Program-made: the position numbers and the translations under genes
Notes under the pieces: model-generated
What the model saw: only the letters and a program-made list of their open reading frames with translations
The model's database searches: none
What the model was told of the DNA's origin: nothing
Shown here: positions 10,340 through 18,987 of the stretch, piece after piece
How the letters are laid out: the number at the start of each line of letters is the position of its first letter
Numbering within the stretch: position 1 is the stretch's first letter
Assembly: GCA_965205265.1 (NCBI GenBank)
Contig: CBDBGH010000003.1
Span: 4,064,001 to 4,128,000 of the forward strand
DNA: 64,000 bases
Direction: 5' to 3'
Origin: Alphaproteobacteria bacterium
GTDB taxonomy: Bacteria; Pseudomonadota; Alphaproteobacteria; Bin95

Positions 10340-11128
10340 ATGACCCGCGAGACAGCCCTCTATGAACGCGACGGCGCGATCGTGACGATCACGCTCAACC
10401 GGCCCGAAAAGCTGAATGCCTTCGACGATGCCGCGGTGGAGGCGCTGTCGGAGGCGCTGGCCCGTTTCGACACCGACCCGAAGGCCAATGTCGCGATCCT
10501 GCACGGGGCGGGACGCGCCTTCTCCACCGGGGCGGATGTGCTGCGCCGGCAGCTGCGCCCGCGCGAGGAACTGGAGCGGTTCGGCGGCCCGCAGGGGCGC
10601 GGGGCGGATTCCGGGCGGCTGTTCGTCCATGCGGTCAACTGGAAGCCGATGGTCGCCGCCGTGCATGGCTATGTCATGGGGCTTGCGGTCGGCATTGCGC
10701 TCGACTGCGACCTGCTGGTGGCCGAGGCCGGCACGCGCTTCCAGATCACCGAGACCTCGCGCGGCCTCGGCGGCTCCGTCTATTGGGGGCTGATGCGGCT
10801 GAGGGGGGCGGGCGCCTTCGGCGACGAGGTGGCGCTCACCGGGCGGTGGTTCACGGCCGAGGAGGCCGCCGCGGCCGGCGTCATCAACCGCCTCGCGCCC
10901 GCCGGCGGCCATCTCGAAGCCGCCCGCGAGCTTGCGGGGACGCTGAACGCCAACCCGCCGCTCAGCGTGCGCTCCACGGTGCGGGCGCGCCGGCGCGAGA
11001 TCGCGCGCGTGCGCTCGGAACTCTCCGCGGCCGCGCAGCCGGAACGGCTCTATCTGACCGAGGATTTCCACGAGGCGGCGCTTGCCTTCAAGGAGAAGCG
11101 CCCGCCCCGCCCGTTCAGGGGCCGCTGA
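10340..11128 (+). CDS. Enoyl-CoA hydratase/isomerase family
   Basis: LNRPEKLNAF, AFSTGAD, KP.VAAVHG. Confidence 0.9.
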   Translation: MTRETALYERDGAIVTITLNRPEKLNAFDDAAVEALSEALARFDTDPKANVAILHGAGRAFSTGADVLRRQLRPREELERFGGPQGRGADSGRLFVHAVNWKPMVAAVHGYVMGLAVGIALDCDLLVAEAGTRFQITETSRGLGGSVYWGLMRLRGAGAFGDEVALTGRWFTAEEAAAAGVINRLAPAGGHLEAARELAGTLNANPPLSVRSTVRARRREIARVRSELSAAAQPERLYLTEDFHEAALAFKEKRPPRPFRGR

Positions 11129-11972
11129 GCGGGTCGAGCCCTTCCAGTACCGGGCGGAAGCCGACCAGGATGTGCTTCAGCCCGGCCGGGCGGCTGTGGC
11201 GGGCGGCCGGGCGGCAGACGCCGCAGCCGCTGTCGTCCCAGGACCCGCCCTTGACCAGGAAACGCCCGGCCCGGGCCTCGGTCGCGGTCCACTCGAAAAC
11301 CTGGCCGGCAGCGTCCAGCAGGCCGAAAGGCGAGGCGCCCCCGGGAAACCGGCCGACCGGCAGCGTGTCGAACGGCCCGCCGTCATGGCTGTTGAGCCGT
11401 TCCGGCGCATAGTCGCCGCCCCAGGGGAACCGGCGCCCGTCCGGGCCGCGCGCCGCCTTCTCCCATTCGAGCTCGGTCGGCAGCCGCCAGACGCGCCCGG
11501 TGCGCGCCGAGAGCCACGCCGTATAGGCCTGCGCGTCCTCATGCGAGACCAGCACGACGGGATGTTGCGCCCGGCCTTCCGGCGGCCGGCCCCCGGCCCA
11601 GGCATGGCGGCGCGTGCGGGGATAGGGGTGGATCAGGCCGTAGCCCTTCCAGGTTTCGGCATCGACATCGGGAGCCCGGTGTCCGGTTTCGGCGATGAAG
11701 GCCGCATATTGCGCATTGGTGACGGGCGTGCGGGCGATCCGGAAGCCCGGCAGGCTGAGCGTCCGGCGGTCGCGCTCGCCGTCGTACCAGCCCTGGCGGC
11801 GGGTGACGGAATGGCCGTAGGCGGCTTCGTCCAGCCGGTAGGCGGCCTCGCGCTCCGCGGCATCGGACCCGGCGATGAAGGCGCCCGCCGGCACCGGCAC
11901 CGTTTCCGGCAGGTCTGCGGCCGCCGCCCCGAAGGCCGCCAGAATCGATGCTCCCGCCAGCGCAACGCGCAT
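11115..11972 (-). CDS. Secreted FGE-sulfatase (SUMF1/EgtB/PvdO) fold protein
   Basis: PVTNAQY, HPVV.VS..DA, RLPTELEWEKAARG, G.VFEWT, KGGSW, GFR; N-terminal signal peptide; CGVC near C-terminus. Confidence 0.88.
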   Translation of the reverse strand: MRVALAGASILAAFGAAAADLPETVPVPAGAFIAGSDAAEREAAYRLDEAAYGHSVTRRQGWYDGERDRRTLSLPGFRIARTPVTNAQYAAFIAETGHRAPDVDAETWKGYGLIHPYPRTRRHAWAGGRPPEGRAQHPVVLVSHEDAQAYTAWLSARTGRVWRLPTELEWEKAARGPDGRRFPWGGDYAPERLNSHDGGPFDTLPVGRFPGGASPFGLLDAAGQVFEWTATEARAGRFLVKGGSWDDSGCGVCRPAARHSRPAGLKHILVGFRPVLEGLDPLSGP

Positions 11973-12153
11973 CTCTTCGCTCCCTTTTCGACGGTCAGGT
12001 GAGCCTTTCCGAAGGCCGCGCGCAAGGCCCGCTCACGCAGTTGTGACCGGCTTCCTCCGTTTTTACGGGCCGCCATATCGGTTAGCATAACGGCAGGCGA
12101 TTTCCGGATCGTCCGGTGCATTATCGGGAAAACCACCGAACGGGAGAACTGTT

Positions 12154-12489
12154 ATGAAGAGCTACAAGGCACGCCTTCTTTCCACGGCGGTCGTCAGTGT
12201 GGGCATGGCCGTCGGCGCCGTCGGCGCGGCCAGCCTCGCCGGCACCGCCTATGCCGCCTGCAAGCCCGCGGCCGCGGCCTGCAAGGCGTGCGGCGCCTGC
12301 AATCCCTGCAAGCCGAAAAAGGCCTGCGGCGCGTGCAACCCCTGCAAACCGGCCTGCGGTGCGTGCAATCCCTGCAAGCCCGCCTGCGGTGCCTGCAACC
12401 CCTGTAAGCCCGCCTGTGGCGCTTGCAATCCGTGCAAGCCCAAGAATGCCTGCGGCGCGTGCAATCCCTGCAAGCCCAAGAGCAACTGA
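12154..12489 (+). CDS. Secreted Cys-rich repeat peptide (6x [10 protein letters not shown])
   Basis: RBS GGGAG, Sec-type signal ending AYA, repeats differ only at synonymous positions, own terminator. Confidence 0.88.
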   Translation: MKSYKARLLSTAVVSVGMAVGAVGAASLAGTAYAACKPAAAACKACGACNPCKPKKACGACNPCKPACGACNPCKPACGACNPCKPACGACNPCKPKNACGACNPCKPKSN

Positions 12490-12502
12490 CGCCCGACGGG
12501 CA

Positions 12503-12532
12503 GCGGCCGGCCTTCGGGCCGGCCGCGCTTTT
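12503..12532 (+). terminator. Intrinsic terminator after the Cys-rich peptide gene
   Basis: GCGGCCGGCC-TTCG-GGCCGGCCGC 10-bp stem followed by GCTTTT. Confidence 0.75.
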
Positions 12533-12567
12533 CCGGGACCGCGGCGCCGCAAGGCGCCGCGCCCGTT

Positions 12568-13122
12568 TCAGGCGGCGTCGAGAGCCGCCTCGGCTTCCGG
12601 CTCCAGATCGAGCTGCAGGGCGTCGTTGAAGCGGTTGAAGGCGCCGCAGAGCGCGATCCGCCAGGTCAGTTCGACGATCTGCTCCTCGCTGAAATGCGCT
12701 TTCAGCCGCTCGAAGATGCCGTCCCGCATTCTCCCCGCATTGTCGTTGACCTGGACGGCGTAATCGACCACCAGGCGGTCGATCTCGTCCAGTTCCGGAT
12801 GGTTTTCCGGGTCGTCCAGCAGGCTGGCGACGCCGGCGGCGCTCATGCCCTCCACGGTCAGCATCGGCCCGTGATGGGCCACGCAATAGTCGCAGGCATT
12901 GCGCTGCGAGACCGCGACCAGCGCCAGTTCCAGATAGCGCCGCGGCAGCACCGCCTCCCGCCTCAGCGCGGTCAGCAGGCCGAATGTGTGTTCCAGGATC
13001 GGCGGCCGCCGGCCGAGCGCCCCGACAAGGCTGGCGAACGGGCCGTAGGATGCCGCGTCGTCCATGAGAGGATGCAGGGCGGGCGGCAGGTCTTCGCGGG
13101 CAGCATAGGCGATGCGGGCCAT
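12568..13122 (-). CDS. Carboxymuconolactone decarboxylase / AhpD-like protein
   Basis: ELALVAVS..NACDYCVAHH; FSEEQIVEL...FNRFNDAL. Confidence 0.88.
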   Translation of the reverse strand: MARIAYAAREDLPPALHPLMDDAASYGPFASLVGALGRRPPILEHTFGLLTALRREAVLPRRYLELALVAVSQRNACDYCVAHHGPMLTVEGMSAAGVASLLDDPENHPELDEIDRLVVDYAVQVNDNAGRMRDGIFERLKAHFSEEQIVELTWRIALCGAFNRFNDALQLDLEPEAEAALDAA

Positions 13123-13134
13123 GGGGGGTCTCCG

Positions 13135-15228
13135 TCAGCCGATTTCGACGATGATGTTGCCGTAGCCGTCCAGCCGCGCCGAATCCTGCGGCGGGACGAG
13201 GCAGGTGGCGTCGTATTCCTCGACGATCAGCGGGCCCGGCAGCGGGTCCGGGCCGAGGTCGCCGCGCGCGAGCACCGCGGCGTCCCGCCATCCGTGCTCG
13301 CGGCCGAACCAGGCGCGGCGGCTGCCGGCCGCGCCCGACGGCCGGGGCGGCGGCGGGGGCGGCGCGCTGTCGTTCGAGAGCCCGCGTCCGACCACCTGGA
13401 CGGTCATCAGCTCCACAGGCTCCTCCGGCCCGGCGCGGTGGCCGTAGGTGCGCTCATGCTCGACGCCGAAGGCCTCCTCCAGCGCGGCGACCCACGCCGC
13501 GTCCACCGGCCCCGGCGGCGCCGCGACCTGCAGCTCGAAAATCTGGCCGTGATAGTGGAGCTGCGCGCTGCGCGCGAGCGTGCGCCGGTCGGGCGGGATG
13601 CCGTCGGCCTCCAGCTGCGCGTTCGCCTCCGCTTCCAGCGCGGCCCATGCCGCTTCGAGCTCCGCCGGGTCGGCCCCGCCGAGGATGCGCCTGTGCGCAT
13701 GGGAGTAATGGTGCTCGACCTCGGCATGCAGCAGGCCGAAGGAGGAGAACAGGCCGGGCGAGGGCGGCACCAGCACCGTCCGGATCGCCAGTTCGCGCGC
13801 CATGCCGGCGGCGAAGAGCGGCCCGTTGCCGCCGAAGGCGAACAGGGCGTAGTCGCGCGGGTCGCGGCCCCGCTCGGAAGACACGGCGCGAATGGCGCGG
13901 ATCATGTTCGAGGCGGCGATGCGGTGGGCGCCGAGCGCGGCCTCTTCCGGCGCCAGGCCCATCGGCTGCGCCACGGAGCGCTCGAAGGCCTCGCGCGCCG
14001 CCTCGAAATCGAGCTTCAGTGCGCCGCCGATCAGATGGCCCGGATTGAGGTATCCGAGCAGCAGGTTGGCGTCGGTGAGCGTAGGCTCCGTGCCGCCGGC
14101 GCCGTAGCAGACGGGGCCCGGATCGGCGCCGGCGCTCTCCGGCCCCACCTGCAGGCCGCCGGCGGCGTCGAGGCGGAGCAGCGAGCCGCCGCCGGCGCCG
14201 ACCTCCGCCAGGTCGATGGCCGGCGTCTTGACCACGTAGCCTGCGCCGGTCATCAGCCGGGATCCGGCGATCACGCCGGCGCCGACGCTGAATTCGAGCG
14301 CGCGCGAAACCGTGCCGCCCTCGACGATGGACGCCTTCGCGGTCGTGCCGCCCATGTCGAAGGTGAGGACATTGTCGAGACCGGCGGATCTGGCCAGGGC
14401 CTGCGCGCCGATGACCCCGCCCGCCGGACCGGATTCGACGATGTGCATGGGCAGGTTGCGCGCCGCCTGGGACGGCATCAGCCCGCCGCTCGACTGCATC
14501 AGCAACAGCGGCGCGCGGGTGCCGATATCGGCGAAGCCCTCCTCCAGCCCGGCCAGGTAGCGTGACACGACCGGCTTCAGGCAGGCGTTCACGACTGTGG
14601 TGGAGGTGCGCTCGTATTCCTTCGCCTCGGGCAGCACGCGGTGGCTGATGCTGGTCTCGACATCCGGCGCGAGGCGCTCGACGATCCCGGCTACGATGTC
14701 CTCATGCGCGGGGTTGGCGTAGCTGTGCAGCAGCGCCACGGCGATGGCCTCCACGCCTTCGTCGAGCAGCCGCCGGACGGCCGCCTCCGCCTCTTCCGGA
14801 TCGAGCGGCGTCTGCGTCCCGCCGTCATGCGTCACGCGCTCGGCGACCGTGCGGCGCAGATAGCGCGGCACCAGCGGCGGCGGCTTCTGCCAGGCGATGT
14901 CGTAGAGGCGCGGCATGCGGAGATTGCGGATCTCCAGTATGTCGCGGAAGCCTTCGGTGGCGATCAGCCCGGTCCTGGCGCCCTTGCCTTCCAGGATGGC
15001 GTTCGAGGCGACCGTGGTGCCGTGGCGCAACTCGGCGATGTCCCCGCCCGCGAACGCGCCCTCGGCGATCAGGCCGGCGAGCGCCTCGACGATCGCGCGG
15101 GCGTAATTGTCCACCGAGGAGGAAACCTTGCGGGTGAGCAGCCGGCCGTCCCCGTCGAGGCAGACGATGTCGGTAAAGGTGCCGCCGATGTCGATCCCGA
15201 GGCGCCAGCGGGCTTCAGCATGTTCCAT
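13135..15228 (-). CDS. Hydantoinase A / 5-oxoprolinase ATP-binding subunit
   Basis: GIDIGGTFTD, HGTTVASNA, EYERTSTT, ESGPAGG, DMGGTT, GPESAGADPGPVCYG. Confidence 0.92.
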   Translation of the reverse strand: MEHAEARWRLGIDIGGTFTDIVCLDGDGRLLTRKVSSSVDNYARAIVEALAGLIAEGAFAGGDIAELRHGTTVASNAILEGKGARTGLIATEGFRDILEIRNLRMPRLYDIAWQKPPPLVPRYLRRTVAERVTHDGGTQTPLDPEEAEAAVRRLLDEGVEAIAVALLHSYANPAHEDIVAGIVERLAPDVETSISHRVLPEAKEYERTSTTVVNACLKPVVSRYLAGLEEGFADIGTRAPLLLMQSSGGLMPSQAARNLPMHIVESGPAGGVIGAQALARSAGLDNVLTFDMGGTTAKASIVEGGTVSRALEFSVGAGVIAGSRLMTGAGYVVKTPAIDLAEVGAGGGSLLRLDAAGGLQVGPESAGADPGPVCYGAGGTEPTLTDANLLLGYLNPGHLIGGALKLDFEAAREAFERSVAQPMGLAPEEAALGAHRIAASNMIRAIRAVSSERGRDPRDYALFAFGGNGPLFAAGMARELAIRTVLVPPSPGLFSSFGLLHAEVEHHYSHAHRRILGGADPAELEAAWAALEAEANAQLEADGIPPDRRTLARSAQLHYHGQIFELQVAAPPGPVDAAWVAALEEAFGVEHERTYGHRAGPEEPVELMTVQVVGRGLSNDSAPPPPPPRPSGAAGSRRAWFGREHGWRDAAVLARGDLGPDPLPGPLIVEEYDATCLVPPQDSARLDGYGNIIVEIG

Positions 15229-15349
15229 ATGTCGTCGCTCTTGTCCGGATCGGGCGGCGATCCGCCCATGGCGCACGAAAGTTAGCAACGGATAGGGAAA
15301 CCGTCACCATGACCGGCGGCCGGAGCCGGGCTCTGCTGGGAGCGGCGCG

Positions 15350-16249
15350 TTATCCGCTTCGTTCGAGAGCCGTCTCGCGCACGATCTGCAGCAGGCGGCG
15401 GAACGGGGGCAGCTCCTCGGCGGAGCGGCGCACGACACAACCCGACCGGTAGCGGGAAAGCCCGATCGGTGCCGGCAACGGCCGAATGAACTGTTCCGGA
15501 AGCCGTTCCAGAAAGGAAAACGGCAGCAGGGCGAGATAGGGGCCGCCGTTCAGGACCGACAGGCAGGCGCTGCCGGTCTGGACGACGGTTTTCGCGCGGA
15601 CATTCGTGGCCTCGTAGAGCCGGTCCAGAAGGACGGCCAGCGAGGGCTCGCGGCAAAAGTCGATCCAGGGATATCGAACGAGGTCTTCGTTGGAGACATC
15701 GCGGGAGAAGAGCGGATGGTCGCGCCAGGCGACGATGCCCGCGGTCACATCCAGAAAGCGCTCGCGCCTGAGCGATGCGTGCAGGCCTTCGCTGGCGTCG
15801 ATGCCGCCGCAATGCAGGTCGCTTTCGCCGTCGGCTAGCAGCCGCAGCCCTTCCTGGCGGCCGGCCATGTCGACCCTGACCTCGATCCCCGGACAGTCCT
15901 CGTGGAAGCGGGCCAGCGCTGCCGGCACGACCGTTTCGACCCATGTCGGGCTGGCGGTGATGCGGAAGCTGCCGGTTCGCCCCGACCGGGCCGCGTCCAG
16001 AACCTCTTCCGCAGCCTCGATCTCCCGCAGAATGCGCCTTGCGAGGCCGCTGACGGTACTGCCCAGCGCCGTCAGGCGCACGCCGTGGGGCAGGCGTTCG
16101 AACAGCCGGCCCCCGAATTGGCGCTCGAGCCGGGCGACGACGCGGGTGAGCGCCGGCTGGGTGATCGCCAGCCTGTCGGCCGCCGTGGCAATCCTGCCCG
16201 CTTCGACCACCGCAAGGAACCGGACGAGATCGCTGCGTTTCTCGAACAT
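15350..16249 (-). CDS. LysR family transcriptional regulator
   Basis: HTH AA..L.ITQPALTR....LE...G..LFER..GV.LT. Confidence 0.88.
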   Translation of the reverse strand: MFEKRSDLVRFLAVVEAGRIATAADRLAITQPALTRVVARLERQFGGRLFERLPHGVRLTALGSTVSGLARRILREIEAAEEVLDAARSGRTGSFRITASPTWVETVVPAALARFHEDCPGIEVRVDMAGRQEGLRLLADGESDLHCGGIDASEGLHASLRRERFLDVTAGIVAWRDHPLFSRDVSNEDLVRYPWIDFCREPSLAVLLDRLYEATNVRAKTVVQTGSACLSVLNGGPYLALLPFSFLERLPEQFIRPLPAPIGLSRYRSGCVVRRSAEELPPFRRLLQIVRETALERSG

Positions 16250-16688
16250 GTCGCGATTCAGCAAGTAACCGGGACCGAACAAATTCGTAGAATGCGGAAC
16301 ATGTATTGCCTGACCGTCCAGCGTCGAACCCATGCGCCGGCAGCCGGACTATGGAGCTGGCTTGTCGCCAGGAGCCCGATACGGCGCGCCCTCGAAGCGG
16401 ATTGAGTAAAGGACTGAAAACCGAAATGAAAATGCCGGGGCGGTGAAAATCCATGCCGGAAGTGCATAGCCTGCCATGCGCCTCCTCCATGCTCCCGGAT
16501 TCGGTTGTTCTTGACCTAAATCAAGTATTTTTGTCCGCCCTTGGGGACGGCGAAGGGCCGGCATGCGCTCAAATGCCGCTGTTCGAACTGCGCCCGCGGC
16601 AGGCCCGAAAAGCGGATAGAGGCAGACTCCCCGTCTTCGCGCCGCCCCGTCCGGAGGGCATTCGCCGCCGGGGCGCGGCTTCCCGGGG

Positions 16689-17450
16689 TCAGGCGCGCAT
16701 GGAGGCGAAGCCCGCCCTGGCCGCCTGGAGGAGCAGGCTCGCATCGGTGCCGTAGCAGATGAAATCCACGCCCTCGCCGATCAGGCGCCGGCCGTCTTCC
16801 GGCGATCCGACCAGGCGGCCGATGCTCTTGCCGGCGGCGCGGGCGGCCGCGGCGATGCGCCTGTGGGCGGCGATGAAGTCCGGATGGTCGAACGCGCCCG
16901 GCGCGCCCAGGCTGCAGCTCAGGTCGAAATGGCCGATCCAGAGCAGATCGACCTCGGGCAGGGCGGCGATGGCCTCGACATTCTCGACGCCTTCGGCCGT
17001 CTCGATCAGGGGAATGCAGACGGTGCGGGCATTGGCGGCGGCCAGCGCCTCTTCGGGCCGGCCTGCGGCATAACGGTCGTGCGCCACCCCCAGCGCGACG
17101 CCGCGCACGCCGTCGGGCGGATATTTCATGTATCCCGCAAGCTCCCGCACTTCCTCGGCGGAGCCGGCCATCGGCAGCAGCAGCCCCTCGGCGCCGGCGT
17201 CCAGCGCGGTCGCGATATCGGGATAGGTCTTGCCTGCCCGGCGGACGAAATGCGGCATGCCGGCGGCTTCCAGATAACGGAGAATGCGCTTCAGCCCTTC
17301 GATGCCGATGCCGCTGTGCTCGCAATCGACGAAGACGAAGTCGGCCCCGGCCGCCCGGTAGATATGGCCGATGCCGGGGCTTTCGAATTCCATGATGCAG
17401 GCTCCGAGCTTGACGTCCCGGTGTCCGGCCATTTCTTTCAGGCTCGCCAT
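16689..17450 (-). CDS. HpcH/HpaI aldolase family
   Basis: DFVFVDCEH, KYPPDGVRG, IETAEGVENVEAI, WIGHFDLS. Confidence 0.9.
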   Translation of the reverse strand: MASLKEMAGHRDVKLGACIMEFESPGIGHIYRAAGADFVFVDCEHSGIGIEGLKRILRYLEAAGMPHFVRRAGKTYPDIATALDAGAEGLLLPMAGSAEEVRELAGYMKYPPDGVRGVALGVAHDRYAAGRPEEALAAANARTVCIPLIETAEGVENVEAIAALPEVDLLWIGHFDLSCSLGAPGAFDHPDFIAAHRRIAAAARAAGKSIGRLVGSPEDGRRLIGEGVDFICYGTDASLLLQAARAGFASMRA

Positions 17451-17524
17451 AACGGCTCCCCATGTTGCAGGCTTGGGCGATACGCTATCCCGGAAGGCGG
17501 GACAGGGGAAAGGCAGGAGAAGCC

Positions 17525-18274
17525 ATGACGGCGCGATACGACTTCACGAACCAGGTTGCCATAGTCACGGGCGGCGCGCGGGGCATCGGCCTCGCCATAG
17601 CGCGGCGCCTCCACCGCGACGGCGCCGCGATTGCGGTCTGGGACCGCGATGCGGAGGCGGGCGAAGCCGCCGCGGCGGAACTCGGCGGGCGCGCGGCCGC
17701 CTTCGCCGTCGATGTGACGGACTACGCCGCCGTCGAGGCGGCGCTCGCGGCCACGGAGGCCCGGCTCGGGCCCGTTTCGATCCTCTGCAACAATGCCGGC
17801 ATCGCGGGCCCGGCCGGGCCCGCCTGGGACTATGCGCTCGAGGACTGGCACGCCGTCATCGACCTCGACCTCAACGGCGTCTATTACGGCTGCCGCGCCG
17901 CCCTGCCGGGCATGATGGCGCGCGGCTACGGGCGCATCGTCAACACGGCCTCCATCGCCGGCAAGGAGGGCAACGCCAATGCGGCCGCCTACAGTGCGGC
18001 CAAGGCGGCCGTCATCGGGCTCACCAAGTCGCTCGGCAAGGAGGCGGTCGGCACCGGCGTGCTGGTCAACTGCGTCGCGCCGGCGGCCGTCGAGACGGAC
18101 ATCTTCAAGCAGATCACCGAAGCGCATATCGAGATGATGCGCTCCAAGATCCCGATGGGCCGCTTCGGCACGGTCGAGGAAGTCGCCAATATCATCGCCT
18201 GGCTCAGCTCGTCGGAGTGCAGCTTCCAGACCGGCGCCGTCTTCGACGTGTCCGGCGGCCGCGCGACCTATTAG
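17525..18274 (+). CDS. Short-chain dehydrogenase/reductase
   Basis: TGGARGIG, NNAG, YSAAK, SGGRATY. Confidence 0.92.
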   Translation: MTARYDFTNQVAIVTGGARGIGLAIARRLHRDGAAIAVWDRDAEAGEAAAAELGGRAAAFAVDVTDYAAVEAALAATEARLGPVSILCNNAGIAGPAGPAWDYALEDWHAVIDLDLNGVYYGCRAALPGMMARGYGRIVNTASIAGKEGNANAAAYSAAKAAVIGLTKSLGKEAVGTGVLVNCVAPAAVETDIFKQITEAHIEMMRSKIPMGRFGTVEEVANIIAWLSSSECSFQTGAVFDVSGGRATY

Positions 18275-18301
18275 AGCGCGCCCCGTCCGGCCTCATTTAC
18301 C

Positions 18302-18949
18302 GTCGCCCCGGCCCCCGAGCCTTGCCGCATGCACACATCTGTCGGAGTTGGCCGAGCATCGCATTCCCCGCCGTCATGCCCGGACTTGTTCCACTGCTGT
18401 CCGGTTCAGCCGTCGGGCGAAGCCGGGCGGGCCTCGGTCGGGTTTTCGGGGGCGCGCGGCGTCCCCGGTCGGCCTCCTGTCCGTCATGCCCGAACGCCCC
18501 CCTTCGACAGGCTCAGGGCAGGCTCTTTCGTCATACCCGGACTTGTTCCGGGTATCTCTCTCAAGCGGCTCTGCCGGGCGGCCGTATGGATGCCCGGAAC
18601 AAGTCCGGGCATGACGATATGGGGGGCGGGTATGACGATGTGAGGGCCGGGCCGCCGGGCGTCGATCCGAGTCCCGATCCCGCCGAACCCCTCGAAACCC
18701 GGTTGAATCCAGGCCATGCGCCCTGCCCGCAAATCCTAAACCGGACAGCAATGGACTTGTTCCGGGCATGACGGGAAGAGGGTCCGACCTTCTCTCCACT
18801 GGCTGCGGCGGCATCGGGAATCGGGGATGGGCTCCCGCTTTCGCGGGGGCGACGAATGGGGGGGACGGAGCGCGACGTTACTCGCCCGGCAGGCGCACCG
18901 CAGGCAAACAGAAATGTGCGAATCCGGTAGGCTCGGGGGCCGGGGCGAC
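18302..18949. repeat. Nested REP/MITE composite, copy 1
   Basis: Outer inverted pair GTCGCCCCGGCCCCCGAGC (18302-18320 / 18931-18949); Tn5-like 19-bp ends (18322-18340, 18912-18930); inner MITE; several GTCATRCCCGGACTTGTTCCGGG palindromes. Confidence 0.8.
18392..18753. mobile_element. MITE inserted in a REP palindrome
   Basis: Terminal inverted repeats CACTGCTGTCCGGTT / AACCGGACAGCAATG (14/15); direct repeat GACTTGTTC on both sides; removal restores GTCATGCCCGGACTTGTTCCGGGCATGAC. Confidence 0.7.
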
Positions 18950-18987
18950 GCCGGTCGGGAGCCGTTTCAACCCGAACGGAGCGTGCG

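Noticed and set aside
11115-11972. FGE/CLec-fold gene as a diversity-generating retroelement target
   Set aside because: No reverse transcriptase and no template-repeat copy of its 3' end in the window.
12286-12480. 30-bp tandem repeats as a CRISPR array or neutral VNTR
   Set aside because: No unique spacers or cas genes; variation is synonymous within a coding frame.
18302-18949. ORFs of 80-150 aa across the repeat regions (also 31835-32722 and 24067-24325)
   Set aside because: They are translations of palindromic repeats (IPGLVPGI/RTCSG patterns) without RBS or domain motifs.
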